DNA of 64,000 nt from the human T2T-CHM13v2.0 reference genome, Homo sapiens. A program made the position numbers and the translations under genes. The stretch lies in NCBI RefSeq assembly GCF_009914755.1, contig NC_060936.1; one strand, 5' to 3'. Below the pieces are notes generated by a model. It was given only the letters and a program-made list of their open reading frames with translations. It was not told the origin of the DNA and ran no database searches. This document shows, piece by piece, positions 1 to 13,920 of the stretch (position 1 is the stretch's first letter; every line of letters begins with the position of its first letter).

Positions 1-207
<207 letters not shown>

Positions 208-209
208 TT

Positions 210-335
210 ATTATTAGCATTTTCCCGTTGGAGAAATTGATATAGAGAGCGGTTAAGCAACTTTCTCAATGTCACACTGCTGGTGAATGGCAAGACAGGG
301 TCTTAGGACCCAGGTAGAATGAATCCCAGGGGCTC
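210..335 (-). mobile_element. MIR fragment
   Basis: Degenerate antisense MIR core (gagaaattga...ggttaagcaactttctcaatgtcacac...ggacccagg). Confidence 0.6.
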
Positions 336-899
336 CTTCCCCACCCTATGCTACCCTCAGGAAATGTCGGGGCCCATCCCTCCCACTTTATGCTCCAGAG
401 AGCCAGTGTCCCTGCAAACCTAACATCTCATTGCCTCAAAGTCCCAGCTAAAGCCTAGTGGAGAGGACATCACTCTTTGGTCCTTCAGTGCCCTAGCCCT
501 TCTTTCTAGGTTTACTCAATTTCCATTTGCATGAAGACAGACAAGAAAAACAGTCCAATTAATACGAAGCGTAAGACCACAAGATGAGAAGGCTTTTGCT
601 TTGCTTTTTATTTTGTATCAGCTGAAGTGCTGTGAGTATTCGGGATGAAAAATTATTTATCCCAGTTAATGAATCTCATGATAATAAAAATGCCTGACAG
701 CTCTGAGATTAGTGAGTAGCCCTTATCTGGGGACCACTTAGTGAAGCAAATCCTGCGTGAACAAAGGACAAATGGGATTTGGGAGAATGAGGAGGAAGGG
801 AGGCTAAGAACGAACATGTGTTTTGCAGCTATCTCATGCCAGGCATCACACAAGGTACTCAACCCTCATTCTTTCTTTTAATTCTTTTGAGAACTCAGT

Positions 900-995
900 C
901 TTTATACAAACACTTATGGCAGTGCCAGGTACCATAATAAGTGTTGGGGTTACAAAATTAAATAAATCATGGCCCCTGTCCTTTTAAGTAGAATG
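900..995 (-). mobile_element. L2 3' end fragment
   Basis: gtgccaggtacc...gtgttgggg...atcatggcccctgtcc resembles the antisense L2 3' end. Confidence 0.5.
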
Positions 996-1489
996 GATAC
1001 AGAAAATAAGTAGAGAGGCTATTTATGTTCACTGCAATATTAGTTTGATATGAGTATACACAGGCAGTGGAACTATGCTATACAGGCCAAGATGATACCT
1101 ACCATGTCAATAGTTCCTGCATAAGGACTATTTCCTGCATACGCAGCTGTGTTCTGGGCTGGGTGATATACCCCTGCACCTCCCCATGGCCCCTCAGGCC
1201 CTTCACGGAGGTTAGTTGGCTAGAGGAGTGAGATTCTCTTAGGAGTTTACACTTGGAAGCAGAAAGAGAATCAGGCAATTGGTTGTGGGAACAGAAACTG
1301 AGAAGATGATCTAAAAGGAGTGATGAAGTACAGTAGAATGGGGCTGGGTGGGACCATGTGTAAGCGGAAGCTATGAATACACAGAAGATACAAGGCACAG
1401 AAAACGCTGAGCAGAATGTGAGGAAGCTAGGTCGTAGCAGGAAATGAATAGAAGCAGAGGATACTCTAACCAACGTATGCCCCACAATT

Positions 1490-2235
1490 TAATCCTTTCC
1501 CTAATGTTAGATCATTCTCATTTTTTCCTGTATTACAAGGAATCCTATGATGAATATCATTGCACATCAGTATTTGTAGCATTTCTGATGAGTTTCTCTA
1601 ATATATTCTTGGATTAAATGGTATGCACATTTTAATGCTCTTGAGACAAGTATGCATCTTTATTTCCAGGAAGATAGCACTAATTTCCCACGCCCTTCAG
1701 TATTATATGAGTGAGTCTACTTTAACACATTGTCTCACACTGAGTCCTTGTCACTTAAACAGGGAACGGTAGTAACTACCTTTTTAATTGTTTAATTATT
1801 TAATTTTTAATTGTTTGCATATTTTTCATATGTTATGGGACATTTGTATTTCCTCTTTTGTGACTCCAGCTTGTTTATGTCTTTTTGTCCATTTGCCTAT
1901 AAGGCCATTTATAATGCTCTTATTGATGTATGAGAAATCAATAAAATTTATATAACAAGACCAATACTCACTGACATATTTAGCAAACACTTACCCATAA
2001 TTAGTTGTTTTCCTTTTCATTTTTATTTGAGGCACGGAAGTTTTATATTTTTCAATATATTGATATTTTCCTTTGTAATTTGTTTCAAAGGGTTTCTTTT
2101 TGCGGAAAAAAATCTTTTTCTGTTTTCTAGATCAGGAAAATACTTGGCTCTGTTTCTTTTCCTACTTTTGGAAAATGTTTTTGCTTTTATATTTAACTTT
2201 TCTGTTCACTTACAATTTATTTTGGTGTATTTGAA
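1490..2235 (-). mobile_element. Old L1 (L1ME-like) 3' region, highly decayed
   Basis: T-rich antisense L1 motifs (ggattaaatggtatgcacatttt; ttttcatatgtt...catttgtatttcctcttttgtga). Confidence 0.6.
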
Positions 2236-2988
2236 CCTTTATGAAGGAAGATTTTGTACTAAATTAAAAAAGAGGATGGTGTGATCCTGTTTCAGAAAAA
2301 TCTAATCTGTGTTAATGTTTGTTCCCCAGCAGAATCAACCATGGATTACTTCCAATGACCAGTGCAATGACTTGAGCACACACAGACCCATTTAAATACA
2401 TAATGAGGGAGAACATATGATCAAGGGCGGAGATGCCATCATTTGTGCTCTGTATACAACCTACTTTTATTAAATGGAAATTATGGTCACTGAATAACTC
2501 AATCTACCTAAACTCTTACAAGGAATCAGAAGCCCTCAGTTCTTAAGCTGGGTCTGTACTGATTTACAATGGGACACAAACACACTGTACCTCCTTAACC
2601 CTAACACCCACTTTCCAATTGCCTGTCTTTCAAAACTATCTAATTAGATTTCTTTAAAAAGAACATTTTTGTCATTTGTGAGGAATTTTTCTTTTCTTTT
2701 TTAGTTTGCTCTTACTGAAAAACCAAGGCAACTTCAACTTTATCTTTTCATAGGGTCCCTTTCCAAGTGTTATGACTGAATGGAAGCTGTGTGGTTGGTG
2801 AAGTACTTCGGCTATATTTCCAAAAATATGCAATTGTTAGGGGCTGCAATGCAACAGCCAGTTCCAGAGACTAGCAAAAGGCAGGGGGATACTCTCAAGA
2901 GTGACTACACTCGAGACTTTCCATTTCAGCAACTTCAGGAATTGGGGAAAACTCACTAATTCAACACTGAGTTCTCTGAAAGTGATGG

Positions 2989-3210
2989 TGTATTAGTTTG
3001 CTAGGTCTACCATAACAAAGTACAGCAAATTGGGTGGCTTAAACAACAGACATTTGTTTTCTCAGAACTCTGGAGGCCAGATATTCAAGATGGCAGCACT
3101 GGGGAGAAAATCTAGCTTCTGGTGGTTTGCAGGCAATCTTTGACATTTCTTTGCTTGCAGAAACATGACCACAATATCTGTCTTACTCTTCACATGGCAT
3201 TCTCTGTAAA
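2989..3210 (-). mobile_element. MLT1 (MLT1B/C-like) MaLR LTR fragment
   Basis: tgtattagtttgctagg...ccataacaaagtac...ggtggcttaaacaacaga...tctggaggccaga is the MLT1 3' end in antisense. Confidence 0.8.
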
Positions 3211-3354
3211 GCCACACTATTTGCTTAGATTGTTTGAAGAAGGCACTTTCAGATGTGTTCCAGAGGCTGGGCACCTTGATCTGGATCAAACGCTGCCAAT
3301 TGTTGGTTGAAGGTGAGTGTAGAAATGTATCTACTTCCAAAGCCAAAATATTAC

Positions 3355-3708
3355 TGTATTAGTCCGTTTTCATGCTGCTGATAAAGACATACCTGAGACT
3401 GGGTAATTTATACAGGAAAAAGGGTTTAACGGACTTACAGTTCCACGTGGCTGGGAGGCCTCACAATCATGGTGGAAGGAAAGGAGGAGCAAGTCACATC
3501 TTATGTGGATAGCAGCAGGCAAAGAGAGAGCTTGTGCAGGAAAACTCCACCTTATAAAGCCATCAGATCTTGTGACATTTATTCACTATCACGAGAACAG
3601 CACGGGAAGGACCTGCACCCATGATTCAGTTACCTCCCACCTGGTCCCTCCCACAACATGTGGGAATTCAAGATGAGATTTGGGTGGGGACACAGCCAAA
3701 CCATATCA
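3355..3708 (-). mobile_element. THE1 (THE1A/B-like) solo LTR
   Basis: Runs from tgtattagtccgttttcatgctgctgataaagac to ccaaaccatatca. Perfect 5-bp TSD attac at 3350-3354 and 3709-3713. Confidence 0.95.
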
Positions 3709-3975
3709 ATTACTAAGTACACAGAAAAATTTATAAGTCTTGGTCCATGTACCTCATCAACTTCTTCTAGCAAGAAGCAGCTGGCTGACTTGCAATGAAA
3801 TCTCCTTAGAGTTTTATCTTTAAATCATTGATCTCAATGGATATCTTATACCTGAAAATTTGCTGTTTTACTAAGGGTGAAGTAAATTAAATTCCACAAG
3901 AGTTAGAAAATAATTTAATCAGCTGGCAAAAGCTAAGGATGAAAGCAAGTTAATACAAATTTCAATTTTCAAACA

Positions 3976-4039
3976 AGATTCAATACATGTATATAATTTA
4001 TTTGGCTAGATTCAATACATGTATATAATTTATTTGGCT
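3976..4039. repeat. Perfect 32-bp tandem duplication
   Basis: agattcaatacatgtatataatttatttggct occurs twice, at 3976-4007 and 4008-4039. Confidence 0.95.
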
Positions 4040-4085
4040 ATTACAGGGAGAGAAAACATAATTACTAGGTCTTATTAAAAGTATG

Positions 4086-4335
4086 TCTTTCTTCTTTTCC
4101 CTGTCATCCTTTCTTCCCTTTCTTCTTTCATTTTTAAATTCCCTTCCCCTCTTCCTCATTCCTTCCTCCTTTCTTTTCTTCTTCCCTCCCTTGATGTTTT
4201 CCATTTACTCAGAAAACATTTAGGGAGCAATTACCACAAGTTAGAGTATACACCATATGCCAAGGATGCACCCAAAATGTACAGGTGATAAAGCAGCAGT
4301 TCCTGCCCTCAGCAAGTTCATAGCCTAATAGAATC
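4086..4335 (-). mobile_element. CT-rich low-complexity tract joined to an L2 3' end
   Basis: Pyrimidine tract 4086-4200, then catttactcag...ttcctgccctcagcaagttcatagcctaatag (antisense L2). Confidence 0.6.
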
Positions 4336-5476
4336 TGAGTTATGTAAGGGTGAAGGCCCTACAGTACATTCTCTATAATATTGTAGTAAGAGGAATAATC
4401 TCAGATCTCATGCATGCATTCCATGATTTTTCTCTTTACTTTTGCCACTGTTTTTCTACCTGATATTAATCTTAATACTATAATCTTATACTACTCCTTC
4501 AAGCAGCTCCGTGTGTTTTCTATAGGCCCACCAATTATTGCCATGTTCTAATAAGGTTTTAAAGAAAATATGTGACCCTTTAGAACATCACCCCACTTCC
4601 ATGCCTGTCTTCCATCCTCTGTATAAAGAGCAGAGGGTGTGAAGAATGGACTAGAAGGGTTCCTGGGTGGCTCATTGTTGTGATCTGTTTGCCTGCTTTG
4701 GCATGCTTTGATTATAATAAATATCTTCTCTGAGGGGAGCATTTTGAGGAAAGTGATTGTAAAAGAAGATGGAAATCCATCTATAAAGATGGTAACCACA
4801 GGAACTAATTTGAAGAGGTTTTTCATATTTATTAATAGCATAGAATTGTCCTTCCAGAAAGCATAAAGTTCTAAATTTGAACAAAGTCCACAGTCTGAAC
4901 CAAAATTCTGTACCTTTCAGAATGGATCATAAAAGAAAAAAAGTCTACAGCACAAAAATAGTTTCCTCCTATAACCTCAAACAAATGTGAGGGCGATCTG
5001 CCCTTGCAATTTTCATTACTTCAAGATAACAACAAGGAAACTATGATTCAGTTAGTTCTTTCCTTTCACACATTCAGAGTTACTCTGCAATTGCTGAGTG
5101 CTAGTGTATCTATCCTCAAGTGGCATTTCTGTTTGAGAACTGTATTTTTCATTATTTAGAGTTTTCTGTAATTTTTACTGGTAATATTAATATTTAACAA
5201 TATCATACCCCCAGAGGTATCTTTGTGCAACTTTAGAATATACGTACTTTGTTTCTTTTTATGACTCTAACCTTTTATTCTTTCATTCCTCTAGTACTCT
5301 GAATATAAGAGAGTCTACACGCTTTTTAGTGAGGATTTTTTGATCCCTGCTTCATAAGTGTCACTCATTGTAGGCTTTCCTTTGACAACAAAAATTCCTG
5401 CTCTCTTTACGTTGACTCTAATTACTTCACCAGAAAAGGTAAACCTGTCATTGTGTAAGAAAAGGAATTAAGTTAA

Positions 5477-5815
<339 letters not shown>

Positions 5816-5976
5816 TAATGTGAATGTTGCATACACATGTAATTTCTGATTCATTTGTGGACCTTTGCGTAAAAATAAAATTTTCTTAGAAATTCATAGA
5901 AAAACATGGCAGTTCTTACCATGCATCACAGTCAATTTCCTGAGGGTTCTGTTCTTTGGAGTCTGGGGAGGGGAGG

Positions 5977-6421
5977 TGCTGTGGTTTGGATGTGTTTTTT
6001 TCCCACCAAAGCCCATGGTGAAATTCAATCCTCAGTGTGGCAGTGTGGGGAGATAGGGCCTAGTGAGAGGTGTCTGGGTCATAGAGGTATATCCCTCATG
6101 AATAGATTAATGCCTTCCTGCTAGGGTGAGTGAGTTCTAGCTCTCAGGGGAATGGGTTAGTTCCCTTGAAAGTGAGAATGGGTTGTTAAAAGGAGTCTGG
6201 CTTCCTTGGTTTTGCTCTTTTGCTTCCTTTCTCAGCCTGTGATCTCTGCACACTTTGGCTCTCTGTCACTTTCCACCATCAGTAGAAGCAGCATGAGGCC
6301 CTCACCAGACACAGCTGCCTAAGCTTGGGGTTTCCAGGATCATGAGCCAAATAAACCTCTTTTCTTTATAAACTACCCGTCTCAGGTAGTCTGTTCTAGC
6401 AACATAAAACAGACTAAGACA
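5977..6421 (+). mobile_element. MST (MSTB/MSTD-like) solo LTR
   Basis: tgctgtggtttggatg...aataaacctcttttctttataaactacc...agactaagaca; gagg flanks both ends. Confidence 0.9.
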
Positions 6422-8489
6422 GAGGTCTTCAATACCAAAAGATAGTCTACTTGATGTGTGAAGGGAGGCTTTGGTTTGCCTGCTATAAAATAATTTTAGT
6501 TGATGAACCCGAAGTTCCCTGAAGGTTTAGTTTCTGGTGACTTTCATTCTGCAATTCTTGCACAAATGGAAAAAAATCCATCCTAGTTGAATGGAGTACC
6601 TACACTACAAATGTAGAGTGAATCTGTAGAAACCACTTTTTAGATAACTGATAAACCAGCTAGTTGCTAATCACTTCATTGCTGCTTCCCACCACCAGTC
6701 AATGTTTAAAAAAAATAAAGAATTCTCCACCTAACTTTGACAACTGGGGAAAGGTAGGACTTTGTTTCAGCATCAAAAGGAAGTAGAGCCACGTAGAATT
6801 ATCATTTAGTTCCCTCAGTCATAGCCATTTCTCATTTTTCATCTTCCCTACTTTTCTCAGGGCCATTTATTGTCCTCTAATGCCTCCCTTCTCTTCATTC
6901 TTTTTTGCTCTTAATATCTCTGGAGGGACACCAAAGAAGTGATTTCTTTCTGCATTCATTAAAAATAGGTTTATGTTTTGCCTTCCTGTTCAATTCCCAC
7001 TTGGGCTGTAAGCAAGTAACTAAAGCAAGGGAAGGGTTGGGCATGTGGGCGCCAGACTTAGATGCCTCTATTTATGCCTAGATTCTTCCTATTTCTCCCA
7101 TTCTTCCCTCAGGATAGGAGAAAAAGGAGGTGGCAGAGGTCTGATTAAAGCAGGGATGAGCAACTGAGCCACCACTGCAGTGCTGAGATTGGGTGAAGCC
7201 CCCAGCTTCACAGAAAGGCCTGCAACATCATTGCAAGATTAAATGTGCCAATATTCTTGCTAAGTTACTACTTTTTGCACATTACCAGAGAATAGACTTC
7301 CCGGGCCTAAAGGAATGGCAATGTTTTCATTGTCATTTATTTCTCTGTTCAGTAAGGTAGATAGTACAGGTTTTAAGAGTCTTCTTTTTTTTCCTCATGA
7401 GACTCTATTTCTTTTCCCCTCTATTTTCTTCTATGCTAAATGGCTGTATCTACTCTTGAAAATACATTCTAACTCTAAGTGTCCTTTGTGGATTTGACTT
7501 TAGGAAACCAAAGTAGCTTCCCCCAAGCCACCCTCTGTCTCTCTTTTTTGTTTTTTTGCCCATTGGTCGATTTTACCTTCTTTTTGTATACCATCAACCC
7601 AAAGACACAGCATACTAGGGACGTAAGTGTGGAACTGATACCGTTAGTTTTATTTCGGGGTGATGCAATCCCTCTGCTAATTCTTAGATGGTCTTATGGT
7701 GTCAGAAGAAAATTTCCTTCTGTCAGAAAGCCTTAAGTACGTTTGGAAAATAATTCAGAATCAAGGCTGTCTTCTTCTGTTTTTTAATCAATTCACTAAA
7801 TAGTCTTCATCATACAGAGAAATTATTCCTTCTACTCCACTCCAAACTAAGACATTATTTTGAAATAGATTATCAAATAATAGTGCAGACTAATTTCCAT
7901 AGCTCAATGAGTAGAAGGCAAAGTACATTATTTGCTAATGCAAATGCTGAGCCTTCTCCAAAAAATTTAATATTCAAAGTCCAGACGGGATAAGGAGACA
8001 AAAAAAGATTGCTTAACAATTTTCCAAACCAAAGTGACCTATAACACACAAAATATGGTTCTATTATGTGCAACTGATATTTTCTTTGTTGAGAATAATG
8101 AGCTACAGCAGAATGGCATAATGTAGAACTCCACAGCTGATAAGCTTTCTGCATAAGAACAGGAAGAGGACATTTCTTAAAGAGTTCTGTGTTCATTGCT
8201 TACCTTGAGGAGGCAGTGAATGGAATTACTGTTAATAGTAACAATATGAAGCTAATTGGTTTAAAATGAAGCAGCAGGAAATGCTGATGATGAGACTGGG
8301 GTATATGAAGGAAGAATGAAAAATCTATACTCCGGCTACACAAAAATGATGCTTAAAATGTAACTTAATCTTGATATTTTATTCATAAATGACAAATCTG
8401 CTCACTACACTGATTCCCTAGGTGACTCATCAAATCCCATCTCTAGGTTTATGAATCTCAAAATTTTGTAGCTAGTTCTGACTGTTTTC

Positions 8490-11400
8490 ACTGGCAAAAT
8501 TTGTCAAAATCAACTTCTTAAGAATTTGGAAATTAACCCAAAGTTTGCAATAATACAAAAAGCATTTACTTTTTTAAAAAATGGCTGAATCCCAGTAAAA
8601 ACAGTGAGCTTTGTGGCATTTTAACTTGCACTTATAACCATCTGCCTCTCCACAGCTTCACAGTATCCTTGAAAATCAACAGCTTTGCAGCCATGATAGC
8701 TATGAAAACTAGCAGCCTAGCAGCCACTGGAGGGGACAGGTCAGGTATGAAGCTCCCCCAAAATTCCCATTCCCAGAGAATGGTCACTATTTAACCTGTC
8801 TGAAAGTTCCTTAAGAAAGCTCCATTCTTATAGTTTGTCTTTATTTGCCTTGACTTAAAGCTCATTTGGTGGGAATAGCCCTGACCCCAGCTAATTTTTT
8901 GAAATAATCAGCAAAAAAGCTTTCAGAATAGTGACACTAATTGAAACTAAAAAAAGAATGACCAAAAATTTCACAGGAAAGACTGGATAATGAGATGTGT
9001 TTAGGGGGGTTTGAAAAGCTCTGATAGATTTCTGGTAATCTAGAAGGCCATGCACATATACAGGGCTGTGCACGTTCCCAGAAAAGACCTGAGAAGCCCC
9101 TATTCTCTCATCTCTAGTTGACTTTGAGGTTCTGTGCAAGCTGGATGTGAAGGCTAAGGCAGAGTTGTAAACTGCCTGGTAGAGCATTGAAGACACACCT
9201 TAATACACACACATAGTCCTTTGGCAGTGGCTGGGAGACTTACTGGCTCAAGGCATTTAAGGAAATCTGTTCAATCATTAGGTAATTGGTAAGCTAACTG
9301 AGCACAGACTTCTGTGGATGCAGTGAGAGATAACACAGAATTTACAGAATTAGTCCAGGAAAGTCACTAAACAAACAGCAGCTGCAATAATAAAGGGCAT
9401 CAACAACAGACCTTAGAGAGGAGGGAGGAATATGAGTTCCAGAATTGCCACACTATATTCCTTAAAATGTATAGCATTCAACAAGAAGTTAGGAGACATG
9501 TAAATAAAAAGCAAAGTATGGCCCATACACAGGAAAAAAGGAAGTCAATAGAAACTGTCCATGGATGTTGGACTTCCTAGACGAAGACTTTAAACCATCT
9601 ATCATAAATATGTTCAAGTTACTATAGGAGACATGTCTAAAGAATTAAGGGAAAGTATGAAAATAACGTTTTGGCAAATAGAGAATGTTAACAAAGGATA
9701 TAAATGATTTAAACGTACAAAATCGGAATTGTGGAGCTGAGCAGTGTAATAGCTGTGATAAAAATATAGTGGGGCTCAACAGAAGAAAGAATAAGCAAAC
9801 TTGAATAAAGGCCAATTGAGATGAATAAATAGAAGAACAGAGGAAAAAAGAATGAAGAAAAACAGTATCAAAGACCTGTGCAGTGCCATCAAATGTAACA
9901 ACACATGCATAGTGAGAGTCCCAGACAGATAAGAGAAAAAAAGGGGATGAAGAATATTTGAAGAAATAACAGCTGGGAACTCTCCAAACTTGATGAAAAC
10001 TATTAATCCACACATGCAAGAAGCCCAGTGAACTCCAAGTAGGGCAAACTCAAAGAGATCCTTACTTTACTACATTACAGCCAAACTTTCTACAGCTAAA
10101 GACAAAAAGAGAATCTTGAGAATGCCAAGAGAAAAGTGACTCATTGAGTTCAAGGGATCCTAAATAACATTAACAGCCAGCTTCTCAACAAAAACCATGA
10201 AATCCAGAAGAAAAAGGAATGACCTATTCAAAGTGCCAAGAATTTTACATCCAGCAAAACCACCAGTTAAAAACAAAGGAGAAATTAAGACATCCTCAGA
10301 TAAACTGAGGGAATCTTATCACTAGCAGATCTTGCTCCACAGCAGATAGTAAGGGGAAACCTTCCGGGGGAAATGAAAGGATGCTGGACAGTAACTCAAA
10401 TCCACATGAAAAAATAAAGAGTACCAGTACAAGTAACTGCATTTGTAAATATAAAAGACAATATAAACACATTTTTGCTTGTAACTCTTTCTAATTTAAA
10501 AGACGAATGCAAAGCAATGATGACAAGCTGTTTGATAGGCTTATAATTTATAAATATATACTTTTTTAATTGAAATTTTTTTCTTTTATCATCCAGCCCA
10601 AAATGTCATAAAGATATAATTTCTATGACAATAATAACACAAAGGAGGAGAAAGGGAATGAAGCTATATTGAAGCAGTTTTACATATAATTGACGGTAAA
10701 TTGGTATTAATCCAAACTAGATTATTTTAAGTTAAGATGTTAATTGTAATCTCTAAGGCAACCACTAAGAAAATAAAGATATAGTAAGAGAAACAAGAAA
10801 ATTAAAATAGTATACTAGAAAATTTATATGTTAAAAAGAAGAAAACCTCAAGTCAATAACTAAAACACACCTCAAGGCACTGGAAAAAGAAGAGCAAATT
10901 AAACCTAAAGCAAGAAGAAGAAAGGAAATAATAAAAATAAGAGTAGAAATAAATAATTTAGAGAACAGTAAAACAATAGAGGAAATCAACAAAACCAAAA
11001 GTGTATTCTTTGAAAAGATCAAGAAAGTTAAATTAACAAATCTTTACCTAGACTGACCAAGAAAAAAAAAAGACTCGAATTTCAAATTATTAAAATTAGG
11101 ACTGTAAGAGGGGATATTGGCTGTGCAGAAATAAAACAAAAGATTATAAGGGAATGCCATGAACAACTGTATGCCAACAAATTAAATAATCTTGGTGAAC
11201 TGAACAAATACCTAAAAAACCACAAACTGTTGAAACCAACTCAAGAAAAATTCAAAAATCTTAATATAACAAGGATAGAGATTGGATTCGTAATTAAAAA
11301 AAAAAAACTTCCCACAAAGAGAAGTCTAGGCCAAAATGGCCTTATTAATGAATTCTACCAAATACTTAAAGAATTAACACCAATTTCATAAGTTCTACCA

Positions 11401-13920
11401 AAAAATAGAAAGGGAAGGAATACTTCTGAACTGATTCTATGAGGCCAGTATACACTGACACCATAATGAGACAATGACATCACAAGAAAATAAAATTAAA
11501 GATCAATATATCTTATGCATATTGATGCAACAATTCTCTAGAAAATATCAGCAATCTGAATCCAGAAACATATTAAAAGAATTATAACCATGATCAAGTG
11601 GGATGCATCCTGGGAATGCAAGATGTATTTAACATACAAACATAAATCATAAATCAATGCAATACTTTAAATTAATATATAAAATGACAAAAATTACGTT
11701 ATGAGCACAATAGATGCAGGAATCTCCTTTAACACAGCCCAATACTCTTTTATGATAAAAATCATTCAACAAACCAGGAAAAAAACACAGAACTTCCTCA
11801 ATCTGATAAAGCCCAGCCATATATAGAACCCATACGGCTAAAATAATACTTAATGGCGAAAGACCAGATGTTTTTCCCTTTCCCAAGACAAAGCTAGCTA
11901 CTCTGGTCACTTCTATTCAATATAGTATTGGGGGTGCTAGCCAGGCTAATTAGGCAAGAAAAAGAAATCAATGCATCTAGCTTGAAAAGGAAGAAGTGAA
12001 ACTATCTCTATTTGCAGATTACGTGATCGTTATATAGAAAACCCTAATACACACACACACACACACACACATACACACAAGTTCAGCGAGGTTTCCTGAT
12101 ACAAGATCAATACACAAGCATTAGTTGTATTTCTGTGTATTGACAATGAACAATTTGGAAGTGAAATTAAGACAAAAATTCCTTATAGAATAGTATCAAA
12201 AAGAAAATGCCTAGTAATAGATTTAAAAAAGAAATGCAATACTTTCACACTGAAAACTAAAATATCATTGCAAGAAGTTAAAGAAAAACTAAATAAATGG
12301 AAAGAAAACTCATGTTCATGTATCAGAAGACTGAATACGTGAAGATGGTAATACTCCCCCAAATTGATCTACAGATTCAATCCAATACCTATTAGTATCT
12401 CAGCTGCCTTATTTGTAGAAATTAATGAGCTGATCCTAAAATTCACATGGAAATGCAAAGGACCCAAGATAGCCACAAAAATCTTGAGTAAGAAGAACAA
12501 AGATGAAGAACTCATACTTCCTGATTTCAAAACCTGATACAAAGCTACAGTTATCAAGACAGTATAAAGCATAAGAACAGTATTGGTATAAGGAGAGACA
12601 TATAAATCAATGAAAATAATTTATATTTTCAGTAGTTCAGTAGCAGGCTTTTACAGGGTTAACTGATTTTCAGTAAGAGTGCCAAGGTAATCCAATGGAG
12701 GGGAAACAGGCTCTTCAACAAAAGTTCTGGACAACTGAATATCCACATTCAAAGGAATGAAGTTGTACCAGCTCACATGATTCACAAAAATTAACTCAAA
12801 ATGAATCATAGGCCTAAATGAAAATGCTAACACTATAAAACTCAGAAGAAAACATAGAAGAAAATCTTCAGAATCTTGGATCAGGCATGACTTCTTAGCA
12901 ATGACACTGAAAGCACAAGTGACACAAGAAAAAATATATAATGGACATCATCAAAATTAAAAACTTTTTGTGATTCAAATGATATTATGAAGAAAGTAAA
13001 AATACAATCCACAAAAATGGAGAAAATATTTGTAAATCAAATATCTGATAAGGGTTTTCTATTCCAGGTATATAATTAATTGTTATAGCTCAACAATAAA
13101 AGATAAGTGACCCAATTTTAAAATGGGCAAAAGATTTGAATAGACATTTCTCCAAAAAATATATGCAAATAACCAATAAACACATGAAAAGTTACACAGC
13201 CTCACTAGTCATCAGGGAAATGCAAATAAAAACCACAATGAAATACCACTTCATTCCTACTAAGATGGCTAAAATAAAAAAGACCATAACAAATGCTGAC
13301 AAAGGTGTGGAGAAATTGTAACTCTCATATGTTACTGGTGGGATTATAAAATGGTGAAGCCACTTTGGAAAACAGTTCAGCAGTTCCTCAGAAAGTTAAA
13401 TTTAGAGTTACCATATGATCCAGCAATTCCACTCCTAGGTATACACCCAAGAGAATTGAAAACATATGTGGATACAAAATTTGTACATAAATGTTTCTAG
13501 CAGCATTATTAAAAATAGCCCCAAAGTCTAAACAATTCAAATGTCCATGAAATGATGAATGGATACATAACTGTGGTGTATCTATATGATGGGATAAAAA
13601 TTTGTCAATAAAATGAAGTACTTATACATACTATAATCTGGTGAACCTTGAAAACACTCTAATTGAAAAAAACTAATGAAAAAAAGACCACATATTGTAC
13701 GATTCTGTTTATATGAAATGTCCAGTGTAGGGGCTGGGGAAAGTGGGGGCGGGGTAGTGACTGCTCATGGTTATGGGGTGTCTTTTGGGGATGGTGAGAA
13801 TGTTCTAAAGTTAAGACAGTTGTGATGGTCACACAACTCTGTGAGTACACGAAAACCACTGAATTGTACATATTAAAGGAGCAAATTTAATGGTGTGTGA
13901 ATTATATCTCAATAAAAAAT
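8490..13920 (+). mobile_element. Near full-length decayed L1 (3' end L1MB7/8-like); endonuclease region deleted at about 10830
   Basis: 5'UTR, ORF1 remnant (~9600-10400), ORF2 remnant (~10830-13600, e.g. MNRHFSKK...[13 protein letters not shown]) and an L1MB-type 3'UTR ending gaattatatctcaataaa. Many stops and frameshifts. (CA)n at ~12048-12078. Confidence 0.9.

Noticed and set aside
2300-2400. NAGNAG acceptor followed by Kozak-like accATGG
   Set aside because: The ATG opens only 5 codons (MDYFQ*), the other frames close quickly and no donor was found.
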